A stretch of 63,952 nt of DNA, counting the filler, from Octopus bimaculoides (taxonomy: Eukaryota), in assembly GCF_001194135.2 (NCBI RefSeq). It is 5 parts of 5 records of this genome, joined end to end, with 100 filler letters (N's around TTAATTAATTAA, not from the genome) between each part and the next. Parts side by side here need not be neighbours in the genome. Positions count along the whole stretch, not along the records: positions 14,220 to 30,485 come from NC_068982.1; 4 more parts are not named here. One strand, given 5' to 3'. Shown here one piece after another: positions 14,120-25,466 of the stretch. Positions within the stretch are counted from its first letter, which is position 1. Every line of letters starts with the position of its first letter. The notes beneath the pieces were generated by a model. That model did not search any database and was not told where the DNA came from. It saw only the letters and a program-made list of their open reading frames with translations. A program made the position numbers and the translations under genes.

Positions 14120-14163
14120 NNNNNNNNNNNNNNNNNNNNNNNNNNNNNNNNNNNNNNNNNNNN

Positions 14164-14175
14164 TTAATTAATTAA
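14164..14175. other. Artificial six-frame stop linker in a 100-bp gap (assembly join)
   Basis: TTAATTAATTAA flanked by exactly 44 N on each side. Confidence 0.95.
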
Positions 14176-14219
14176 NNNNNNNNNNNNNNNNNNNNNNNNN
14201 NNNNNNNNNNNNNNNNNNN

Positions 14220-14530
14220 CCAAGGACTGCATGTACTCCATCCTATGCAGCTGTGGTAGGTTATACAAAGGCGAAACATGTCGCTCCCTCAAAATAAGGA
14301 TAGACGAACATCGCAAAGCTGTGACACGAGGAGATATTGATAAATCGGGTATAGCTGATCATGTATGGGAAAATGGAGACCACCTCCCCCTGTGGGATGA
14401 AGTTAAAATAATAGACTGAGAACACCAGTAGAAAACACGAAAACTAAAAGAAGCAACACATATGCTAGGACACAACAACCTCCTAAGCAGACCGAGTGTA
14501 GATATGAGTAGCATATGAGAACTGGTATTA
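14220..14530 (+). mobile_element. Penelope-like element GIY-YIG endonuclease fragment (Penelope/Poseidon-type)
   Basis: VYSILCSCGRLYKGETCRSLKIRIDEHRKAV...SGIADHVWENGDHLPLWDEVKIID*EHQ*KTRKLKEA; truncated on the left by the gap. Confidence 0.85.
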
Positions 14531-14718
14531 TGGAAGGATAAAAAAAATATTAGATTTATAAGCCCTAAAATTCACTCCATAACTGCACACGGGCATATGG
14601 CATAGTGGTTAAGATCGCGGGCGAAAATTTGAAAGCGGAATGGATCCCGGTGAGTTTGGATCGAAAACGGTTTAAACTTTCGTTCCAGCGTTTGTGCACA
14701 CCTCAATTTCATACCTAA

Positions 14719-15136
14719 TATTGGATAAGCAAATCTACAAGAACTTGTCTAAGCTTGCTTTATACGCAGATGTATACAAATTTACATGGACAAACAACCG
14801 AGAAGAAATAACGACCAAATGGTTATTACCATTTAAGTGCAACGTTAGTAATAAATTCACAAACTACTAGCAATGAACCAGAGCTAAATTTCACAAAATT
14901 TACGGAAGTACTCACAAAGAACACTCTACAGTGTTTTTTGTGGGTACTTCCAGTAGATTTTGTACAATTTAGCTCTGGATCATTGCTAGTAGTTTGTGAA
15001 TTTATTACTAACTTTGCACTTAAATGGTAGTAACCATTTGGTCGATATCTATTCTCGGTTGTTTGTCCATGTAAATTTGTATGCGTTTGTGTATAAAGCA
15101 AGCTTAGACAAGTTCTTGTAGATTTGCTTACCAATA
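14719..15136. repeat. Long fold-back palindrome (arms about 207 bp, 4-nt loop)
   Basis: Manual alignment of the arms gives about 15 substitutions and 2 indels; centre aacact-ctac-agtgtt; ends tattgg...ccaata. Confidence 0.95.
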
Positions 15137-15447
15137 ACCACCAGGCAAACATCATATGTGTTAAAGCTGTTAATCATATTTTATCCGCATCGTTACTTGA
15201 AAGACCGTATTACCGAATTACCAATGCTTCTGTAAACGTAAATAGAAAGAGCACAAACGCAATGCTATGCGGCTAACTCTTTATAACATCAACAATGACA
15301 TTTCCCTGCAAATTTTTGAAAACTTTCATTAATGAAAGCTCATAAAAAAGTGTTGATTACTGTCAATTCTGACAGGTTCGGTTCCCATAGATTAGTTTTG
15401 CTCGTTAATGTCTCTGAGATCTCCATGTCAGATTTTTTAGTTTTAAG

Positions 15448-15522
15448 ATTTGAAGATGACATAATATTTCGTTTGAATATAGGCAGTGGCACGTTCGGAG
15501 TGTCATGGGGTGGTGAATTAAG
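15448..15522 (+). CDS. Candidate internal exon with a protein-kinase-like glycine-rich loop
   Basis: ttttaag|A...AG|gtaaag; reads FEDDIIFRLNIGSGTFGVSWGGEL (GxGxFG). No partner kinase exons were confirmed. Confidence 0.3.
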
Positions 15523-15769
15523 GTAAAGGTATGATCATTGTCGGAGATAATAGCAAACAGTTTCAGAGAATTCAGTTAATGAATTAATATACTAAAAATA
15601 TTTTGGCTGTTTACGTTGATGTTTACTTTTACGTGCGCAACATTTCGCTCGACATTTTCTCAAACTTCTTCCATAGCTGTTACACTCACTAGAAACGCCA
15701 TTTCATATTACTTATTTTGACGACCTTTCTCCACTGTTCTTAAATCTGGATTGTCTTCAGTTGGATCCC

Positions 15770-16060
15770 TACTTCTTTGCAGCGTCCTTTCCGATTTTGC
15801 TGCACCGCGTCATACGTTTCCCCGAGAGAAAGCCTTCCAATCCCAAGTCTTGATGCTTTTGAATTGCCATCGATGCTTCTGTAACTTTGCAAACCCATTT
15901 CTGCCTCTGAGACGACGTGGTCGATATTAGTCTCACCTCTATCGTTTGACCTGTCCAGCATGGGAGACCCTACTAGGAGCTTGCGCTTTACTTGTATAGA
16001 TCTCAAGGTCATCGAGGGACACAAGCCACCACAACTTAATAAGGACTGAGCTTTTTGGTG
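15770..16060 (-). mobile_element. Probable RTE LINE 5' UTR fragment
   Basis: The - strand contains ctcctagtagggtctcccatgctggacaggtcaaacg, resembling recalled RTE 5' UTR motifs. Confidence 0.4.
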
Positions 16061-17179
16061 GTTCTTTAAATATAGGGGCACCATTATCGAAGAAAAGTAA
16101 AGAGATGGATACAGATGATATTCATCTTGCTCGACTTTACATCAACCTTTGTATTTCTTACCACAAGTTACCGAATTTCTAAATCAATCTGAAGATGAGA
16201 AACTAAAGCAAGAAAGAGTCGACAAATATTCAAAATTACCGTAGCAGTATGAAAAAATTTACTATAGATATGAATATTATAAACTTTATATTCTTTGTTT
16301 CTTGGCCGTGTATGTACTTTCTATATTATCCAATCGACTAAATCTGCATTTATAGAAGTACATCATAAAATCTGGTTAAAAAGGCACCGATAGTACATTT
16401 ACATAATGCAGAGTACAGTTACAACTACAAGACGTTAATGATAAAATCAATTTTCATCTTAAAAAAATAATCTATAGTTTACGAAGACAATCAACATAAA
16501 AGCAGAGTACAGTAGAGATGAAGGCATTCCTTTTCGAGTCTATTTCGTAAAAATAAAATTAGAGAATCTACTTTGACTCAATTTTAAATCTATATTATAA
16601 GAGAAAAGTTTACGTACAAATAGGAACGTTATTGCACCAACAGATACGTGTCAGTTGTGAAAGTAAGAAAATATGGATGACAATAAGTATAACAAGTGGC
16701 ATCTGTCGGTTGTTGACAGAAAAACAATTTGATATGAGCATAACCTCTGAAATAAATGTTCACCAATCATAAGAAATAAATGAAGTAGGCTGTGTTGGAG
16801 CAAACATACATTTATGATATATCTATGATATACGGATATGTTATAATACTTTTTCGAAAGTCATCTTAAAATGTGTTCATTAAATCGGAAAGCCATGTTT
16901 CCAAATGAAGTGGTACTACCTTTTTATGACAGCCTGTAATCCATTCAGAGTCTGAATTATAGCTGGAACCGCTTTTCGATTCATATACAATTTTAGTTGG
17001 ATTCAAAGAGCGACCTCAAAATATCGAACCATTTACAGTTTTTATTGAAACAAATCAAATAACATGTCCTCTGCATTCTTCTTTCTGTACATAAACAACC
17101 TCATTGCTCTCACAACGATCACGTCTACGCGGCTACTACCATTATTCACGCCTCTCTAACCGTTCGAATACAGGTGTTA

Positions 17180-17330
17180 TACACAGATATATACGTCGAG
17201 CTTCCTTCAGTTTCTGTTTACTAAATCCACTCACAAAGTTTTGGTTGATCCGAGGCGATAGTAGGAGACACTTTCACAAGGTTCCACACAATGGGACTGA
17301 ACCCGAAACCATGTGAATGGGAAGAAAACC
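17180..17330 (-). mobile_element. SINE fragment (family A)
   Basis: ttcagtttctgtttactaaatccactcacaaag...gggactgaacccgaaaccatgtg, homologous to the copy at 24.5-24.9 kb. Confidence 0.8.
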
Positions 17331-17883
17331 TGCTCGAATATAGGCGTCAGATATATACCACTATCATAAGTCAAACTTGCACTGTGTATATGAAGAGAAA
17401 ACCCTCGGGAACATTCACTAATAGGAATATATGATGATAATATATTCGTTTTCAGTTGTACAACGACACAATCACAGCTCATATAAAAATTTAAAAAATC
17501 TCGTACACCGTTCTATTTAGTCTTGAATAACTTTGTTAAATCCACAGCAAATTCTAGACCTCTGTATACATACCAGAGTAAAGTCTGCACCCTCATAACT
17601 ATCCTTTCTCTTTATAGAATGAAAATATTTCGGTTCTGACCAGTAGCTGCGGTTACACACATAAACATTCTAGGTTACACACAAAAGCAAGCATTCTTAC
17701 TCATTTATCATCACACTACAACTTTCGATACACGGATGCAGTATCTCCACCTTGTTATAACGGAATTAACCAGTCACCGCCCATATGCAGCAGTTAGTTG
17801 CATAGTAACTGAACTCAGGTCCATTAGATAAACAGTTATTCACCAGACATTTGTACAGTAAGCCTGTTTATGTGCGCGTATAC

Positions 17884-17953
17884 ACCATACATACATGCAT
17901 ACATACATACATACATACATACATACATACATACATACATACATACATACATA
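17884..17953. repeat. (CATA)n microsatellite
   Basis: Direct reading. Confidence 0.95.
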
Positions 17954-17954
17954 C

Positions 17955-20010
17955 GCCTGTTGTTGATGTTGAAATTCCAATGAAGGAGCCTTGAATCTAA
18001 GTAAAAACTTTAACCTCGATCTAACTTTCGAACAAGGAACTAAAATCGTTAATTTCTTAGATGTCAAGTTAAACTTAAATCCGGATTATACTATCCCTAT
18101 AGGAAACCGGATGAAATCACTAAATATGTTAGTAAATTCTCCAATCACCGCCGCCCCTCCGTAATTAACTTTTTAGTAAAAGATATTTCACGTAGAATTA
18201 CACAAATTTCAACGAATAAAGGAATTTTAAGTTCCTACTCTCATTTTTTAAAAATTTGGCTCTTTCTAAAGAAGACTATAAACTAGAAATTGTATATGAA
18301 AACTCTGGCATTACTAACATCTCTAATATCAATATTAATGATAGGTGTACGAAAGGTAATGTTAATGCTAATAACGTAATAACACATAGCCAGGCAAGTA
18401 TGATAAATCAGGGTGATATGGGTATACCGGCTTCTACTAATTCAAGTGCAGACAATGGCGTGATATTTTCGCCCAAACTAGACAATGAAGTACACAGGAA
18501 TAACATGGGAAGAATATTAACCCCCTAAATTGTGGTAGTGAAATTAGAAAGCCTAATAAATTCCTTAATCACAAAAATAAGAATAATAAAAATGATAAAC
18601 GTGATTGTGTTGGTGATGGGGTCCAAGGAGTAACTAATACTAGTAGAAGGTTGCGAAAAGTAGTTAACAGAAAATGGCTACTGTGACACCAATAGGGACA
18701 GTGACGATAACAGCAGTAACACAAACAAAAACAAAAGTACATCGTATAGATTCGGAACTAAGTATAAGAAGCGTAGGGGATACAAAGGAAAAAAGGAGAA
18801 AAAAAGTGACGTGATATGGTATAATCCACCTTAGAATTACGTAACAGATACGAATCTATGCAGCAAATTATTTAGCATATTAAAGAGAAACTTCCCTCCG
18901 TCATTTAAATATAACTGTTTATTCTCCCGTAAAAATGTTAGGGTTTCCTATCCAACCCTTTCTAATCTAGGTACGATTATAGCTGGCCTGAACAAAAAAT
19001 ACATAAACATGGCCCGAAGCATTAGTAATAACACCGCACCAACTAATAATACTAACAATAATAATAATCGTAATAACACCATCAACTTAATTGACATTAA
19101 TACTAAACATACTAATATCCCGAGTGAGTAAGTTCTTCCTAGTAGTGGTGCTAATAATAATAGCATCAGTCGGCTTACTACAACATCTGATAGCAGCAGT
19201 AATAGTACTAATTGTTCTAGCAGCAGCCGACTTTCTCACCCTGCTTTTTCCACCAGCCTTAATTCAAGCCAACACACATCGTCTCATGTTATTGATACGG
19301 TAATTGAACATAACGCAAACAGTAGTGCCGACAGCCAATCTGTTATACTACCCATACCCAATCCTTCGATGTCAGAATCCAATGGAATAATCCCTTATGG
19401 CCTTGCTCATAACCTACATTCTTTTACTCCAATTTTAGTAAGTAATAGTATTGGTAACGACCTTAATAACAGTAGCATTAACCCTGGTAGTAGGTATATG
19501 AACACTGAAAACTCCCACGATCTTGATCCCATAGGATGTAATATTATAGGAAAGCTCACTCGTATTAACAATCATGTCATGGCCAAAAATGGATGCAATT
19601 GTTTAGATAAAAATTTATGTCCGCTTTCTGACCAATGTATGGCCGAAAATGTAGTTTACAGGTGTAATGTAGTGACGGAGACGGATACTTATGTTTATAT
19701 AAGCTGTTCCGTAAATCTGAAGCAGCGCTTACGCAACCATGTATCAACCTTCAAAATAAAACATAGGGCAGGCAGAACTCCATTAGCCACGAAGATTTGG
19801 GAACTCAAAGATGATGACGTTAGATTCGACTTGAAATGGGGTATATTTAGGGCCGCAAAACCATACTCTAGCAGCAGATACGAGTGCAGGCTATGCTGTA
19901 TGGAGCTGTACGAAATGTTAAAGCGAACAAATAGTGAAAATTTAATTCATAATAAATTGGCCCTTCGTCTTTCATGTATCCATAAAGTAATCCGTACCTT
20001 TAAATATTAA
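17955..20010 (+). mobile_element. 5'-truncated Naiad-type Penelope-like retroelement (RT C-terminus and thumb, long linkers, GIY-YIG endonuclease)
   Basis: Reads KIVNFLDVKLNL, PYRKPDEITKYVSKFSNH, VIWYNPP*NYVTDTNLCSKLF, VRVSYPTLSNL, CNCLDKNLCPLSDQCMAENVVYRC, YVYISCSVNLKQRLRNH, TPLATKIWELK, KWGIFRAAKPYSSSRYECRLCCME and SCIHK. One frame from 18781 to 20010 has only two internal stops. Confidence 0.9.
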
Positions 20011-21326
20011 GAGCATCACATAACCTCTATTCTAGTTTCTAGCCAGAGACAAAACAACCTCAGTCCCACTACTTCAAAAGTCCAATGATTTACATGATCT
20101 TTTGACGAGTCTTCTCCTGTTTCCCTTTCCAACACATTCTATCCCTAATTACCCTGACAATATTATTTGGAAGTATGTGATAATGAAGGAATGAATCTTC
20201 TAGCTAGTTTTACGTAGTATTATGTATTTACGGTATCCGATCGTATCTAACCTATAAAATAGCAGCGAGATTTTCCAATTCCACTAAGTTCTATCCGTAA
20301 GTAATCTTTATACCGAGTAACTATTATTTGTGCTGCACGTGATAATGAAGGAACACATCATTTGAGCCTTTCTACCTACGACTATTGGTTCGTGGTATAC
20401 AACCTGATTTAGCATACATAATAGCGAAACATACATTCTAATTTGATAATATTTACGACACCTATAAAACAAACTAAAAAGTTAATTAATAGATAATTGC
20501 ATATCCGGTAGCTTACTAGGATAACTGATTTGCTATGCCCTCTTCTTCCCGTATCAGGTGATATATATTAGGTAATTTTTTTTTATTTTTCGAATTCTAT
20601 AATTGAAATTAGAAGTAGTACACTAATACTACTACCCGTTGTTTCCTTGCACATTATTTATAATAATAATAATTCCATTTCAGGTACACATATCTTCTTG
20701 TTACAAGCATGTTTGTCTAGCACCTATAATGTATTTGTATTTATACTAACATCCTACCTTTATATTTCTTTATCAGGAAAAAAAAAATCGCACAAGATAC
20801 TACTAATCTACAGCTTTTAGATTAATTATCTGAGTTCCAATTCCAACCCTACCCCACCATAACCACCATCTCTTGTATAGCCCTAAATTCTGAACGGTGT
20901 CTCTCCCCCTCCTCTTTTAAAATCTTAATCTTTAACAGGGGTATGCTGCACTCATATCTGGTACTTGGTTGCTTTTATTTATTTACTTTGTCTTGGGTTT
21001 AATTCTTGCTATTCACATTTCTGATCCTAGTGTAATAAAACGAATAACATAAAAATACATATATAATTACCTACACTTCATCTCTGTCTTTGACAAGGAA
21101 GCTGACTCCAACTTACAGCCTCTACTCCTGACGGGCTCTCTAACTAGTATGGTGGCTATAACTCTCATCTTACCGCTACTCACTCTTAATGTATTTCCAC
21201 CCCTTTAACGGTCATTATTGCCTATGTCTTGTTTTCACCCATTCATGGTCATTTACCCCATTCATAGGCGTGTTCTCACTGCGTTCATGAAGTGTTCTTA
21301 TATTGTTTTGAAATTATATGTATCAT

Positions 21327-21410
21327 CTGATGAATACGGTTTTTTTGCAATCATGTAATGTATTCATTCATCTAATAAAAATGCGTAAGAAACAGTTGTA
21401 ATGAACTGAC
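21327..21410 (+). ncRNA. Degenerate hammerhead-ribozyme-like motif at the likely 3' end of the Penelope-like element
   Basis: CTGATGA-atacg...cgtaa-GAAA-cagtt-gtaatg-aactg-AC. The cleavage triplet is GAC rather than GUC and stem I is not evident. Confidence 0.4.
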
Positions 21411-21691
21411 AGCTATCCATTGTCTGTTATTTATTCTTTTGCTTATAATGCACCAAAAGGGATTCACGACCCGTCGGACATTGTAGAGCATGCCAAACAC
21501 CGTGTGATCAACACAACGTGCGCCAAATACTCGTAGGGGTGATTTTTCTATGTATTCACAACCTGAATATTTTACTGGTTGTACTTCAGTACCCAGTATA
21601 TGTATAAAGGTGGTACTTACACGTTAATTCAACCCAACCTGGTGCATATCATTTAAGTACTAGATTCTCTCCAGAATCCTTAATATTGTAT

Positions 21692-21727
<36 letters not shown>

Positions 21728-23039
21728 ATATATATATGAATACATACATGTGCACGTATATGTGTGCGTATGTGAGTATGTTATGTAAATATGTGTGTGT
21801 GTGTGTCTGTGTGTGTGTGTGTGTGTGTGTACGTATAGTCATCGTTGCTTTTACTAATTTACAAACTTTATAATTCTATATTTATCCAAAAAATCCGTCA
21901 CTATTGTTTCGTATCCTATCCAGGGCAATGATAGTTCTCTCTGGAATAGTTACCACTCAATTCTCCAATTCAACGAATTATAATGGTAATATGACGGAGC
22001 ACAGTTCAATATTAAATTAGTAGGAATTGCCGGATTAGTTACCAACACTTAGCACAGATATTTCGATGCCTGTGGGGACAATGGAAAAATCTATTCAGTC
22101 TTTTTGCTCTTGCATCAGAAAATGATTTCAATTGGAATTGTTTCCAAACGATCCGATCACAGGTATATTAGCTGACTACGCAAGTTGTATGTCGTTAAAG
22201 ACATGTAAGGGCAAGTTTTCTATACTAGATAGTAAAACACGTTTGTTTTAAACGTATTTTGCATGATATGCATATCGAATGCTGGTTAATCAATATGTGT
22301 AAACAGAAAGATTTTACAGCATAATTCGGTTATTAGTTACTCAATATCAAACAGAATTAACAACTTACTCTGTTTCTGATTTAGTATAGAAATCTTGTCT
22401 GAACCTTTCGTCCATGGTCATGTTTTTCGATAGAGGAACAAATATTTTGATGTTTTTGTAAATAAAACAATATCAAGTTTGTTGTTATTACGTTTATTAT
22501 GGAAAGGTTATTGACTTTATTATTTGTCTAGTGTATTCCGTTAAACCTTTCAACCGTTTTTTCCTGAAGCATGTTAGTACTTGTGTTCATTTAGTCAATC
22601 CAATATTTACACTTATAAATACTTTCAGTCACAACTAGATGACTATGGCCTAATATATGTATATAACGATAAATCAATACCTTCATAAAACAGCTATTTG
22701 TCCTGTTTTAGGTTAAGACAAGAAATTCTTAATGATGACGCTTAAAGAAATGAAGAACAGTCATTTGTCTATCAAAATATTAATATTACGAAGGTAACCA
22801 AATCCAGTTCGAAGCCATTAAAATTAAAACAGCCATCTATATATCATACTTAATCTATATAGGCTAGGTCAGCTATTGCAATTTTTGTCCTGAGATAAAT
22901 TTCTTATATCACGGAACAAATATTGCTGTAGTTTGCCAATCGATAATGTATAGACATTAAGTATGGTACACAAATGACTATTAAATGCAGGTGAAAGGAA
23001 GTAGGAATAACTAAACTAACAAGAAACATCTTTTATTAT

Positions 23040-23230
23040 TTCTTAGTTTTTACTTACTTCAGTCATTAAACTGCGGCCATACTGGGGCACTGCCTTAAAG
23101 GATTTAGTTGAATACATATACCCCAGTACTTATTCTTCTTTAGCTTAGTATTTATTCTATTGCTTCTTTCGCCGAACCGCTAAGTTACGAGGATACAATC
23201 AAATTAGCACTAGTTGTCAAGTAGTGTTCA
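23040..23230 (-). mobile_element. SINE 3' half (family A)
   Basis: ttcagtcattaaactgcggccatactggggcactgcc...gaaccgctaagttacg. Confidence 0.8.
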
Positions 23231-23269
23231 CACACACACACACATGTATGTGTGTGTGTATATGTTATG

Positions 23270-23790
23270 TTTGTGTGTCTGTGTTTGTCCCCCCCCCCAC
23301 CAACATCGCTTGACAACCAATGCTGGTGTGTTTAAGTACTAGGCTTATGCATACATATATATGAAGTTATGAACTGTGACGTGATTTTTACCAGTTCCTG
23401 TTTACAGAATGTTGAAATAAGGTTGCAGAAAACATAAAGGAATTGTACTGGAGCCAAAAAGACGGACCCGATAAGTGAGATGATGAAAAATATAATAAAT
23501 AAAAAAAGGCTTAATTATATTTACATCTCAGAAGACAAAATTAGGTTCGTAGCAGAAATAACGTTTTTTTTTTTCTTTTTTTTTCTTTTTTTTTTCTACG
23601 GTTATAATAGTGAATATCCGTTTATGCACTTCGCAGAGGAAAAACTAATTACGATATAGAAAGTATTTTGCAATATACTAAGTACTAGGCTTACAAAAAA
23701 TAAGTCCTGGGGTCGATTTGCTCGACTAAAGGCGGTGTTCCAGCATGGCTACAGTCAAATGACTGAAACAAATAAAAGAGTAAATATACA
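23270..23790 (+). mobile_element. SINE (family A) interrupted by a roughly 330-bp insertion
   Basis: The body ccaacatcgcttgacaacc and the tail ggtcgatttgctcgactaaaggcgg...gactgaaacaaataaaagagta are separated by foreign sequence flanked by taagtactaggctta direct repeats. Confidence 0.8.
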
Positions 23791-24169
23791 AACGTGTTCG
23801 CTGGATCGGGCAAACATACAACATTTAGGCAATTGATACCATGCGAGCATGTAGTAGAATATAAAGCCCGAAGTATTAATTCCGTAACAACTTTTCTTAA
23901 TAAACAGTTTTTTAACTGTGGAGTATAATGTACATAAGCTATAAATAATTGTATGTAGAATTTGGGTTAGAAAAACCAATGGATAGAAAAACCTTGAAGG
24001 ATGTTCGTGACACTCGAACAAAACATTCCAGACGTCCTTCCATTATACCAAAGCAACACTTTGAATTTTCTTCATGCATTTTAGAAGGATTTTTCTTATC
24101 AAGAGTTGCATGTTGTTTACATCATATGAATTTAGAGACTTCAAGAGATAAAACAAATTGTTTTTAACA

Positions 24170-24415
24170 ATGGAATTTGAAGTAGATAATGCTATAACAG
24201 TTTCAAATTCTATCACAAAGCCAGAAAGTTAGTGGGAGAGAATAAGTCGATTATATCGATCCCAGTGCTCAACTGGTACTTATTTTACCGACCTTGAAAG
24301 GATGAAAGGCAAAGATGACTCCGTCAGAATTTGAAATCAGAACATAAAGACGGATGAAATACCACTAAGCATTTCACCTGGCGTGCTAACGATTCTAACG
24401 GCTCAGCGCCTTGAG
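24170..24415 (-). mobile_element. tRNA-derived SINE (family B)
   Basis: cgatcccagtgctcaactggtacttattttaccgacc...gaaaggatgaaaggcaaag...gcgtgctaacgattc. Confidence 0.85.
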
Positions 24416-24529
24416 AATGATACAAATAAAAGCAGGTAGAGTATTGAGTTAAAATTTAAAAATCAGTTTAGGTTAATGAAGCTCAAATTAAATCATTTTC
24501 TGGATGGCTTGGTATATCTCTTATATTCT

Positions 24530-24930
24530 TTTTTACACTTTTACTTGTTTCAGTCATTTGACTGCGGCCATGCTGGAGCACCGCCTTTCATCGAGCAAAT
24601 TGACCCCAGGACTTATTCTTTGTAAGCACTAGTACTTATTCTATCGGTCTCTTTTACCGAACTGCTAAGTTACGGGGACGTAAACAAACCAACGTCGGTT
24701 GTCAAGCGATGTTGGGTGGGAAAAACAGACACACGGACATACACACTCACATATATATACATATATACATACATATATACGACGGGCTTCTTCCAGTTTT
24801 CGTCTACCAAATCCACTCACAAGGCTTTGGTCGGCGCCAAGAAGACACTTGCCCAAGGTGCCACGCAGTGGGACTGAACCCGGAACCATGTGGTTGGTAA
24901 GCAAGCTACTTACCACACAGCCACTCCTAC
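24530..24930 (-). mobile_element. Near full-length tRNA-derived SINE (family A)
   Basis: Tail tttacttgtttcagtcatttgactgcggccatgctggagcaccgcc; head (reverse complement) gagtggctgtgtggtaagtagcttgc...gggttcagtcccactgcgtggc. Confidence 0.9.
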
Positions 24931-25466
24931 GCCTTTTTACACAGCCACTCCTGCGCCTATTCACGNNNNNNNNNNNNNNNNNNNNNNNNNNNNNNNNNNN
25001 NNNNNNNNNNNNNNNNNNNNNNNNNNNNNNNNNNNNNNNNNNNNNNNNNNNNNNNNNNNNNNNNNNNNNNNNNNNNNNNNNNNNNNNNNNNNNNNNNNNN
25101 NNNNNNNNNNNNNNNNNNNNNNNNNNNNNNNNNNNNNNNNNNNNNNNNNNNNNNNNNNNNNNNNNNNNNNNNNNNNNNNNNNNNNNNNNNNNNNNNNNNN
25201 NNNNNNNNNNNNNNNNNNNNNNNNNNNNNNNNNNNNNNNNCACCTATTCACACAGCCACTCCTGCGCCTATTCACGCAGCCACTCCTGCGCCTATTCATA
25301 CAGCCACTCCTGCGCCTATTCACACAGCCACTCCTGCGCCTATTCACGCAGCAACTGCTCCGCCGATTCACAGCCACTCCTGCGCCTATTCACGCAGCTA
25401 CTCCTGCCCCTCTATTCACGCAGCCACTCCTGCGCCTATTCACGTAGCCTCTCCTGCGCCTATCCT
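24906..25466. repeat. 24-bp minisatellite derived from the SINE head (spans a gap)
   Basis: The unit tcac(a/g)cagccactcctgcgcctat repeats on both sides of the N run. Confidence 0.9.

Noticed and set aside
21900-22170. Exon-like readings on both strands, including ACGDNGKIY
   Set aside because: Several frames are open, acceptors are ambiguous and the kinase resemblance lacks the HxN/IV context.
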